From Rhodothermia bacterium (GTDB taxonomy: Bacteria; Bacteroidota; Rhodothermia; Rhodothermales; UBA10348): a stretch of DNA of 64,000 bases. The stretch lies in NCBI GenBank assembly GCA_036985715.1, contig BTQE01000002.1, positions 1,607 through 65,606 of the forward strand, given 5' to 3'. Below are positions 47,268 through 55,809 of the stretch, one piece after another. Positions within the stretch are counted from its first letter, which is position 1. The number at the start of each line of letters is the position of its first letter. Both the position numbers and the translations under genes were made by a program. The notes below the pieces were generated by a model. That model did not search any database and was not told the origin of the DNA. It saw only the letters and a list, made by a program, of their open reading frames with translations.

Positions 47268-49259
47268 CTATGTCGCATTCCGGATCGCCTCGATCGTTCG
47301 TGGATTCTCCAGGCTGGAGGTGTCTCCGAGGTCTTTGTCCAGGTGGGCTGCTTTAATCAGTCGTCTGATAACCTTCGCATTGCGAGTTTTTGGCAGGGCC
47401 GCAGCAAATCCCAGAAACCCGGGCTTGAGAGGTTTTCCCAGTTCCCGTGTAACCAGTTCGATGAGCTCGGATCGAAATTCATCCGTCGCCTTTGAAGCGT
47501 TGCTGACCACGCAATAAATAGCGAGCGTCTCTCCTTTGAGTTCGTGGGGAATGCCAATGGCCGCACTCTCCGTTACGTCCGGATGACTATTGAGAATGGC
47601 TTCCACTTCAGCTGGTCCGACTCGCTTTCCGGCAACTTTGATGGTGTCGTCGCTGCGGCCCAGGATGTACCATAACCCATCCTCGTCGATCGCCGCAAAA
47701 TCTCCGTGAACCCATACCCCTTCAAACCGTCGCCAATACGAATCCAGGTATCGTTCTGAGTCGTTCCAGAATCCACGCGTCATTCCGATCCAGGGCCCTC
47801 TGATCACCAGCTCACCAACCTCCATCTGAACGGAATCTCCCGAATCGTTGACTACGTCAGCCGCCATCCCAGGAACGGGGCCGCTAAAAGCACACGGTTT
47901 TAACGGGGTGAACATATTCCCACTCAGAATTCCTCCACTGATTTCAGTGCCCCCGGAGTAATTCAGAATCGGTTTGCTGCTTTCAAGAACATTCTCGAAT
48001 ACCCACTTCCAGGATTCCGGATCCCACGGGCTGCCTGTACTTCCAACTGCTCGTAGATGGTCAAACGTGCTACCACTCAGTGGCTCGGTCCCATGTGGCA
48101 TGATCGCCCGGATAAGAACGGGAGAGATACCCAGGTGCGTGACTCTGTGATTCTCGACCAGGCGCCAGAGACGGCCCACATCAGGATAATCCGGTGCACC
48201 GTCATAGAACAGCATTCCTGCACCGCAAAGAAGCGTGCCAAAAACGAGCCACGGCCCCATCATCCATCCCATATCGCTCATCCAGTACATCATCTCACCT
48301 GGTCTAAGATCCATCGCGTGGGCCATGTCCTGAGCAGCCTTTACCGGGAAGCCGCAATGGGTATGTACGGCTCCCTTCGGTCGCCCGGTCGTGCCTGATG
48401 TGTAAATGATCATAACAACGTCCTCGGCAGACGTTCTGACGGTTTTGGCAACGCTCGACTGTTCCGGCACGATCTCATCCCACCACAGATCTCGCCCTTC
48501 AGTCCAGGGTGTATCCGAGACGTTGATCTGACGGTTTACCAGAACCCGCGTGACTAGAGGACAGTTCTCAAGAGCCGAATCGAGCACGCGTTTCATGGCC
48601 ACCTCGTTTCCACGACGCACAAATCCATCCGCCGTTATGACCGTACTCGCTCCTGCATCATTCAACCGAGTCGCTATGGCTTGCGGGCCGTAGCCGCTGA
48701 ACAGCGGAAGAAGAACCGCACCTATTTTGCAGATGGCTAGAAAAGCCGCGACCAGCTCCGGCGTCATGGGCATAAAGAGACCGATTACATCTCCTTTCTG
48801 GACTCCGATGCTGAGCAGAGCATTTGCACAGCGAGAAACGCGATCATTCAGTTCCGCATAGGAGAGAACGACCGTTGTGCCATCCTCCCCCTCCCATCGA
48901 AAAGCAGTTACATTGGCGGTCTCGCCGCTTAGCCATTTGTCGAGGCAGTTTTGGACGATGTTCATCTGCCCCCCGACGCACCACCTGGGGAACGCAGGAT
49001 CATTCGTACGCTCCAGCGCGGCCTTGTATGGTTCGTAGAATTGAATGTCCAGATCCTTCAGAACAGCATCCCAGAACCACTCCGGGTCGCCGACTGATCT
49101 CTCATGGAGGCTATTTAGCGAATCGAACCCGTGACGGACCATGAAGGACATCAAATTCGTTTCTTCTAGATCGATGGGATCAGGCCTCCATACGACCTCT
49201 TGGCCGAAGGGGAAAGACGTCTCCGCTCCGGCCCTGTTGCTGTCTGTCGGCTCACTCAT
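47268..49259 (-). CDS. AMP-forming acyl-CoA synthetase of the acetyl/propionyl-CoA synthetase (ACS) family
   Basis: 663 aa with IYTSGTTGRPKG, WMSDMGWMMGP, YSGGTEISG, GRSDDTIKVAGKRVGPAEVE. The acyl substrate was not determined. Confidence 0.85.
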   Translation of the reverse strand: MSEPTDSNRAGAETSFPFGQEVVWRPDPIDLEETNLMSFMVRHGFDSLNSLHERSVGDPEWFWDAVLKDLDIQFYEPYKAALERTNDPAFPRWCVGGQMNIVQNCLDKWLSGETANVTAFRWEGEDGTTVVLSYAELNDRVSRCANALLSIGVQKGDVIGLFMPMTPELVAAFLAICKIGAVLLPLFSGYGPQAIATRLNDAGASTVITADGFVRRGNEVAMKRVLDSALENCPLVTRVLVNRQINVSDTPWTEGRDLWWDEIVPEQSSVAKTVRTSAEDVVMIIYTSGTTGRPKGAVHTHCGFPVKAAQDMAHAMDLRPGEMMYWMSDMGWMMGPWLVFGTLLCGAGMLFYDGAPDYPDVGRLWRLVENHRVTHLGISPVLIRAIMPHGTEPLSGSTFDHLRAVGSTGSPWDPESWKWVFENVLESSKPILNYSGGTEISGGILSGNMFTPLKPCAFSGPVPGMAADVVNDSGDSVQMEVGELVIRGPWIGMTRGFWNDSERYLDSYWRRFEGVWVHGDFAAIDEDGLWYILGRSDDTIKVAGKRVGPAEVEAILNSHPDVTESAAIGIPHELKGETLAIYCVVSNASKATDEFRSELIELVTRELGKPLKPGFLGFAAALPKTRNAKVIRRLIKAAHLDKDLGDTSSLENPRTIEAIRNAT

Positions 49260-49513
49260 TCAAACTGCCGGTGTAGTGTCTCGAACCATTCACGAAGGCA
49301 TAGAAAGAAAGATGGGAAATATCGTGCATGTTGCGCGTGCCGGTCGAGAAATGCCATAAACCCATACTGAGCAATCTACAATCTGACCGATAAGCAGTCC
49401 GGTTTCTGGATGATTTCTTGGTGTGGATTGTAAGGCGGAAATAAGATCAAAACCCATTTCGGTCTGAGACGTTGGATGGGACCGCTGAATGCAGAAGTCA
49501 ATCTAAAAGGAGA

Positions 49514-50866
49514 ATGCGTAAGGAATTTAAATTCATAGTTGGGACTGCTGTATTGGTTCTCTTCTTGACCGGATGTCAATCCTCCGGATCGGATTCGGGT
49601 ATTGTCACCGATCTCTACGAAGGTGTGAACTCAAGCGATCCAAACGGGATGTACATTTTTGAAGATGAGCTCTACATGCAGATGACTACGGAAGACCTGG
49701 GCTCTGAGATTTTCAAGTACGATGGAACCAAGATCATCAGCGTGACGGATATCGCTCCTCTTAAAGCCCACTCCGTACCCGCGTTGTTTGTCGCATATGA
49801 TGGGAAGCTATTCTTTTCTGCCCTGAAAGACGAATACGGCAGGGAGCTTTGGGTTATCGATGGAAACCGGACGCGTATCGTTCGGGACATCAATCGAGGC
49901 CCGGCCAGCTCGCAGGCTTCTGGAATGACCGTTTTTAAGGATGCACTTTATTTTCGGGCGAACGACGGTGTCAGCGGCGTCGAATTTTGGAGATGGGATG
50001 GGCGAAATATCGAAATGATCTCTGATATTAACGAGGGGCCTTCGAGCTCAACTCCTATTGGCTTCACCATCTTTGACGACAATCTGTTTTTCTCAGCCGC
50101 GTCCACTGATCTAGGAGCCGAACTGGTACGTTACGATGGCACTTCGCCTCCCGTGGTACTCGATATAAACGAAGGAAGGACGGGTTCTCGACCCGATCAG
50201 TTTGTAACCCTTGGCGATGTTCTCTATTTCGTCGCATTCACGGACGTTGAAGGGACGGAGTTAAGAAAGTATGAGAACGGGGAAGTGTCGCTCGTTCAGG
50301 ATATCGCTCCGGGCGCAGACTCGTCAAACCCGAAGTATTTGACCGTGTACAACGACGTTCTCTATTTCGCGGCGAACAACCTGGAGGACGGTGAAGAATT
50401 GTGGAGAATCAAAGATGACGCTGCGGAGCCGGTGAGTGATCTTTTTGAAGGATCTGACGGAAGCAAGCCTGAATTTCTATACGCGAGCTCGATGGGACTC
50501 TTTTTCGCAGCGAACAACGGTAGCGCAGGTAAAGAGTTATGGGTTCTTGCTGATGATAAACCTGAGATGGTTGCAGATATCAATGAAGGATTGCTCGGAT
50601 CGGCTCCCTTCGGATTTGCTGAGCACGAGGGCTGGGTATATTTCACTGGACGAACGGAAGCTGAAGGGTCGGAGGTTTGGCGAACGGACGGAGAAGTTGT
50701 TGAACTGATGACAGACATCTGGGAAGGCGTGGACAGTTCGCGACCACAAGAGTACGTGTCTTACAAAAATCAACTATGTTTCGCCGCCGCAAATGGCGAA
50801 AGTGGACGAGAATTGTACTGCTACGTCGCAGCCGATCTTAATCCGCTGCGAAGAATAATTCCCTAA
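49514..50866 (+). CDS. ELWxxDG-repeat lipoprotein (predicted beta-propeller)
   Basis: The start was moved to the ATG at 49514, preceded by AAAGGAGA. Lipobox LFLTGC. Eight consecutive repeats of exactly 46 aa (G.ELW..DG....v.DI.eG..sS.P..f.vf.d.LYF.A.....), followed by a closing GRELYCYV strand. Confidence 0.8.
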   Translation: MRKEFKFIVGTAVLVLFLTGCQSSGSDSGIVTDLYEGVNSSDPNGMYIFEDELYMQMTTEDLGSEIFKYDGTKIISVTDIAPLKAHSVPALFVAYDGKLFFSALKDEYGRELWVIDGNRTRIVRDINRGPASSQASGMTVFKDALYFRANDGVSGVEFWRWDGRNIEMISDINEGPSSSTPIGFTIFDDNLFFSAASTDLGAELVRYDGTSPPVVLDINEGRTGSRPDQFVTLGDVLYFVAFTDVEGTELRKYENGEVSLVQDIAPGADSSNPKYLTVYNDVLYFAANNLEDGEELWRIKDDAAEPVSDLFEGSDGSKPEFLYASSMGLFFAANNGSAGKELWVLADDKPEMVADINEGLLGSAPFGFAEHEGWVYFTGRTEAEGSEVWRTDGEVVELMTDIWEGVDSSRPQEYVSYKNQLCFAAANGESGRELYCYVAADLNPLRRIIP

Positions 50867-50916
50867 AGCTTTTGGACATCTCCAGGATCAGACCCGTATC
50901 AGCGTAGAGCGCGGAA

Positions 50917-52110
50917 TCACTGCCCGTTTGATGGCAGTTTTTCGCCGTGCGTTTCTGGTCGCCAGGAGAGCATGTAGTCTTCATCTTCTATTTCAAGAGA
51001 AGCTTTAGTCAAACGCAGGGGACGAAACGTATCAACCATTACGGCCAATTCGTCCGTGCCTTTTTTCCCGATGCTGGCCTCAACCGTTCCAGGATGCGGC
51101 CCGTGGGCTATTCCTCCCGGGTGTAGGGTGAAAGAGCCACTTGATATTCCTTTTCGACTCATGAAATCCCCTTTCACGTAATAAAGTACCTCGTCGGAGT
51201 CGATGTTCGAATGGTTGTATGGCGTCGGAATAGCGTCCGGGTGATAATCATATAGGCGGGGTACAAAAGAACAGATCACGAAATTCCGACCCGCAAAATG
51301 TTGATGAGTCGGAGGCGGCAAATGGACACGGCCCGTAATGGGTTCGAAATCGTGGATCGAAGTCGCATACGGGTACATGTAGCCGTCCCAGCCCACAAAA
51401 TCGAACGGATGATACCGGAAGAAAAGCCGATGGAGATAGCCGTGCTTGGCAATTCTGACTTCAAACTCGCCTTCCTCGTCGTGCGTGATCAGATCTGATG
51501 GTGGACGAAAGTCCCTCTCACAGAACGGACTATTTTCAAGCAGCTGACCGAACTCATTTCGATATCTCTTCGGTGGTCGAATTTCGGAGAACGATTCAAT
51601 AACCAGGAGTCTCGGTTGCTGATCACCCGTAAATTCCCATCTGTGGGTAATCGTCCTCGGGACATGGACGTAGTCCCCGGCCGAAAATTCTACGTTTCCA
51701 AATGGACTCTGAAGGACACCCTCGCCTTCGTGAACGAAAATCATCTCGTCGGCTACGGCATTTCTGAAAAAGTAGGACATCGAATCGGTCGGTGCGCAGA
51801 GCGCGAGTCGTACATCTTCATTTCCCATGATATAGGTTCGACCTGATAGCCAGTCTCCACTCGCGTCTACCTCGAATCCTTTCACGTGACGATGTCTCAA
51901 GAAGTCCAGGTCCACGTAGTCGATTCCAAACGGGATTGGATCTTCAAGACGTTCGACTACGGTAGGGGGATACAGGTGATACGCAATCGATTGTATCCCG
52001 CTGAAGCCTTCAGCACCGATAACTTCCTCGCTGTAGAGTGTACCATCCGGTTTGCGCATCTGCGTGTGACGCTTATGCGGCACATCACCCATTCGGACGT
52101 AGTATGGCAT
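50917..52110 (-). CDS. hmgA: Homogentisate 1,2-dioxygenase
   Basis: 397 aa with MPYYVRMGDVPHKRHTQ..., a cupin core and GGIAHGPHPG. Adjacent to hppD on the same strand. Confidence 0.8.
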   Translation of the reverse strand: MPYYVRMGDVPHKRHTQMRKPDGTLYSEEVIGAEGFSGIQSIAYHLYPPTVVERLEDPIPFGIDYVDLDFLRHRHVKGFEVDASGDWLSGRTYIMGNEDVRLALCAPTDSMSYFFRNAVADEMIFVHEGEGVLQSPFGNVEFSAGDYVHVPRTITHRWEFTGDQQPRLLVIESFSEIRPPKRYRNEFGQLLENSPFCERDFRPPSDLITHDEEGEFEVRIAKHGYLHRLFFRYHPFDFVGWDGYMYPYATSIHDFEPITGRVHLPPPTHQHFAGRNFVICSFVPRLYDYHPDAIPTPYNHSNIDSDEVLYYVKGDFMSRKGISSGSFTLHPGGIAHGPHPGTVEASIGKKGTDELAVMVDTFRPLRLTKASLEIEDEDYMLSWRPETHGEKLPSNGQ

Positions 52111-52200
52111 GACGCTTTGTCCTCTAAGTTTGCTGGTTTTCGGAGTTGCTATTCGTTCTGGTATATACGCTTGGCAAGGATCATCCCGGCTCGAACTAGG

Positions 52201-53358
52201 CTACAAATTGCCTCTTCGCTCCTGTTCGCGCTCGATGGATTCGAACAAAGCCTTGAAATTTCCTTTTCCAAAAGACTTAGCGCCCTTCCGCTGAATAATT
52301 TCGTAAAACACGGTCGGGCGATTCTGAACCGGTTTCGTGAAGATTTGCAGCAAATACCCTTCGTCGTCGCGATCTACTAAAATCCCGAGGTTTCTGAGCG
52401 CGTCGATCTCCTCGTCGATTTCTCCGACCCGTTCGGGGAGACTGTCGTAGTAGTCAGACGGGATGAACAGGAATTCGACTCCTCGGTTCTGAATATCGGT
52501 GACTGTTTTGATGATGTTGTCCGTTGCCATCGCAACATGCTGGACTCCCGGACCGTGATAGAATTCAAGGTATTCCTCTATCTGGCTTTTCTTGAGTCCA
52601 GACGCCGGTTCATTGATCGGGAATTTGATGCGGCCGTTTCCGTTTGCCATAACCTTCGACATGAGGGCAGAATATTCAGTCGAAATATCCTTGTCGTCGA
52701 ACGAGAGCAGGTTGATAAATCCGAGCACATCGGCATAAAAGTCAACGAAACGATTCATGTCTCCCAGGTTGACATTACCGACACAGTGGTCTACGTAGCG
52801 AAGACCCGCTTCCCGTGGTTTCCACGGATCACTTGAGCGCTCGACGAATCCAGGCATGAAGGCCCCGTCATACCCGTCCCTCTGAACGAATGTATGGACG
52901 GTTTCACCGTACGTGGAAATCGTTGCAGTAATTACGCGTCCATCATCATCTACCGCCGTGCGAGGTTTCTGAATTGGAGTGGCACCTCGACGCACTGTTT
53001 CCTCAAAGGAGTAGACGGCGTCGTCCACCCAAAGAGCAATGTCTTTCACACCGTCACCGTGCTTAAGGACATGTTCTCCAATAGGTGAGTCGGGATGCAG
53101 GGCAGATGTGAGTAGAAATCGAATCTTTCCCTGCTGCACCACATACGTGCATCGATCTCTGACGCCCGTTTCGAGGCCCTGGTAAGCCCTCAATTGAAAT
53201 CCGAACGCGCTCTGGTAGTAATGGGCGGCCTGCTGGGCATTACCCACGTAAAACTCAACGTAGTCCGTCCCATTTATGGGAAGAAAATCGTCGTGTGTTT
53301 CAGTAGAAGGGGCCCGGTTTTCATTAGAAAAAGATTGTGGTATAGTCGAAGTTGCCAT
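52201..53358 (-). CDS. hppD: 4-hydroxyphenylpyruvate dioxygenase
   Basis: DYVEFYVGNAQQAAHYY, VQHVAMATDNI, GYLLQIFT, FYEIIQRKG..FGKGNFKALFESIE. The start was moved from 53430 to the ATG at 53358. The ATG at 53370 is also possible. Confidence 0.88.
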   Translation of the reverse strand: MATSTIPQSFSNENRAPSTETHDDFLPINGTDYVEFYVGNAQQAAHYYQSAFGFQLRAYQGLETGVRDRCTYVVQQGKIRFLLTSALHPDSPIGEHVLKHGDGVKDIALWVDDAVYSFEETVRRGATPIQKPRTAVDDDGRVITATISTYGETVHTFVQRDGYDGAFMPGFVERSSDPWKPREAGLRYVDHCVGNVNLGDMNRFVDFYADVLGFINLLSFDDKDISTEYSALMSKVMANGNGRIKFPINEPASGLKKSQIEEYLEFYHGPGVQHVAMATDNIIKTVTDIQNRGVEFLFIPSDYYDSLPERVGEIDEEIDALRNLGILVDRDDEGYLLQIFTKPVQNRPTVFYEIIQRKGAKSFGKGNFKALFESIEREQERRGNL

Positions 53359-53596
53359 GTTCAGGATCATTTTGTGAAAGCCGGTCCACCCGGGACGTAT
53401 TTCCTGGATGCAACCCAAAATGGGCTCCATTTACACGGTTGCGGTTACGCTGCGTTCCAGAGTCCATTACGAATATTATACGGTTATGAATCCATTGTGT
53501 CAGGTGGACCGAGACCACGGTGCATCCTGAAGGGAGAACAGACGTACCACGTCTCCAATTCAAGATCATCCACGTTCGACATTCTCTGTCACGGCA

Positions 53597-54706
53597 ATGC
53601 GAGTTGTGTTCTCGGTCATCTCATTCCTACCCGTTTTGCTGTTGGCCTGCGGAGATTCACCCGAATTTGTGGTCGACCGGATAGACATTCGACAGACCGG
53701 TTGGGACACACTCACCGTTCAGTTCGCTTTCGAAGAGAGAGCCTCGATCGGATCTACAAAGTCGGTGGTCCCAGACGATGTTCGAACTACCGTATTCAGT
53801 GCTTCTTACGACACGCTGTATCGTGGGTCCGACAACGTAATCAGTATCCCGGATGAGGAGCTTGGAGACCAGGAAGCCATTCTTGTCGAAGTGTGCGGAG
53901 TTCTCAAGGAGCGCAGCGCCTGCGAACAACGTACCGTGATGGCTTCACCCAAGAAAATAGAACCCACGACCCAACTGGAATTTCCGCTGAGTGATGCCTA
54001 TGACCGAGGGTCGTTTCGCCTTGACTACCGCCTGTTTCGTCAGATATTCGGAAGTGACGAGTGGGAATCCATTCGCCGGAGGGTCAGGCCCGAGACGTTT
54101 ATTCTGGCATATGCTGACGCGAGTCCCGAAGATGCCGTAAAAATACCGGTTCGAAGGGCCCGCAATCGATTTAATCTGAGTCGGTATGACAAATATCGAG
54201 ATTTTCGGTACCAGATAAAATCGCAGTTGATGGATGCGGATTCAGCGTCCGTCTCGTTTGATCTGTACGTCCGTCTCGCCTCTGAACCGGAGCGGATCGC
54301 CTCCGAGCATGTCGTTCTTCGGGCAAAGTCTCCGGAAGAACGAAGAGCAGAACTGAACAATCTCGTCGAGCTGGCGGGAAGTCAGATTCTGGATCGATTG
54401 AAGAGTTTTCTTGGACTTCGAAGTGCTTATGTCTTTGTCAATGAGTGGTCCTATCAGCCGCTGGATAAAATTTACACTGCCGAAATTGAGCTGCACTGGC
54501 AGGGTGGATTCAGGAGAGAATGGTTTGACATGATCGGACTGCTAACCGTTCGGGCTAACGGTACCGCCGCTCAGTATGAATGGATTCAGGGTAGTACGTC
54601 AGCGGCCAGACGCTGGGTGTCGCGGATGGACTCGACGACGGTTGTTCTCGAGAATCTCCGGCCGAATGCGGAGTTAAGGCCTCCCGAGGACGAACGCAGG
54701 TGGTAG
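53597..54706 (+). CDS. Hypothetical lipoprotein
   Basis: 369-aa ORF with lipobox VLLLAC. No recognised motif. Confidence 0.5.
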   Translation: MRVVFSVISFLPVLLLACGDSPEFVVDRIDIRQTGWDTLTVQFAFEERASIGSTKSVVPDDVRTTVFSASYDTLYRGSDNVISIPDEELGDQEAILVEVCGVLKERSACEQRTVMASPKKIEPTTQLEFPLSDAYDRGSFRLDYRLFRQIFGSDEWESIRRRVRPETFILAYADASPEDAVKIPVRRARNRFNLSRYDKYRDFRYQIKSQLMDADSASVSFDLYVRLASEPERIASEHVVLRAKSPEERRAELNNLVELAGSQILDRLKSFLGLRSAYVFVNEWSYQPLDKIYTAEIELHWQGGFRREWFDMIGLLTVRANGTAAQYEWIQGSTSAARRWVSRMDSTTVVLENLRPNAELRPPEDERRW

Positions 54707-54776
54707 CCGGCCCTCTCTGCTATCGATCGGGAGAGGTACAAGTCTGCGGACCCTTATTATGAGCCGAGTCAATTCT

Positions 54777-54818
54777 GCTCCACCATGTTTGCTCCACCAT
54801 GTTTGACGCGCCATGTTC
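54777..54818 (+). repeat. Tandem 14-bp direct repeat spanning the acuI start codon
   Basis: GCTCCACCATGTTT (54777-54790), GCTCCACCATGTTT (54791-54804), GACGCGCCATGTTC (54805-54818). This gives three ATGs, at 54785, 54799 and 54813, of which only the last opens the 328-aa frame. Confidence 0.9.
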
Positions 54819-55799
54819 CATGCACTAATTCTCCACGACGACGAGCAGGGTTTCCGATCGTCCATTGAGGATCTTACCCTAGAAGACCTTCCAGACGGTG
54901 GAGATGTGCTGGTGGAAATAGAGTATTCCAGTCTCAACTACAAGGATGCACTGGCCGTCACCAACCGGGGGAAAATCGTTCGGGCTGGTTTTCCGTTTGT
55001 GCCGGGTATTGATCTTGTAGGACGGGTGATCGAATCAGACTCGGACCGATTCGATCCGGGCGACGTGGTTGTTGGTACGGGCGGTGGACTGGGCGAATCT
55101 TACTGGGGTGGATACGCCGGGATGCAGCGAATTCATTCCGAATGGCTTGTGTCTCTTTCGGACTCATTGTCTGCTCGCGAAGCCATGATTATAGGCACGG
55201 CGGGCCTTACCGCAGCCCTTGCACTAATGACTCTGGACAAGCGTGGTGTGAGCAAAGACGCTGGGAATATCGTTGTTACGGGTGCGACGGGTGGAGTCGG
55301 GGTCTTTTCTGTTCTCTTGTTGAGCAAGGCTGGGTACAGAGTAACCGCATCTACCGGAAAGAGCGATGCTCACGAGTACCTCCATTCCATCGGGGCAGAG
55401 GAGGTGATCCATCGGGATATTCTAAGAGGGGGAGCCTCCAAACCGATGGACTCGGCCAGATGGGCGGGAGCCATTGATATAGTTGGAGGATCAACGCTGG
55501 AAGCTGTCATTAGCCAAACCGACAGGCACGGTTGTATTGCAGCGTGTGGCAATGCGGGAGGTGCGGAACTGCACACATCTGTTTATCCATTCATTCTTCG
55601 AGGGATCAACCTGTGTGGGATCGACTCGAATACGTGTCCGGTGCCTGACCGCGTGTTGGCGTGGGATCGCATTGCGTCACTGATTTCATCCAGTGAGCTG
55701 GAAGGGCTGAGCTCAACGATTACGCTCCCGGAGATCGCAGAGCAATCGTGGCGACTTCTGGCCGGGGAAATAACGGGTAGAACGCTCGTCGAGCTATGA
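54813..55799 (+). CDS. acuI: YhdH/AcuI-family NADPH-dependent acrylyl-CoA reductase / quinone-oxidoreductase-like MDR protein
   Basis: Collinear with remembered E. coli YhdH along its length: SSLNYKDALAVTNRGKIVR.FP.VPGIDL, REAMIIGTAGLTAAL, VVTGATGGVG, GCIAACGNAGG, FILRGINL.GIDS, GRTLVEL. Confidence 0.85.
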   Translation: MFHALILHDDEQGFRSSIEDLTLEDLPDGGDVLVEIEYSSLNYKDALAVTNRGKIVRAGFPFVPGIDLVGRVIESDSDRFDPGDVVVGTGGGLGESYWGGYAGMQRIHSEWLVSLSDSLSAREAMIIGTAGLTAALALMTLDKRGVSKDAGNIVVTGATGGVGVFSVLLLSKAGYRVTASTGKSDAHEYLHSIGAEEVIHRDILRGGASKPMDSARWAGAIDIVGGSTLEAVISQTDRHGCIAACGNAGGAELHTSVYPFILRGINLCGIDSNTCPVPDRVLAWDRIASLISSSELEGLSSTITLPEIAEQSWRLLAGEITGRTLVEL

Positions 55800-55809
55800 G
55801 CGTGCTGTC

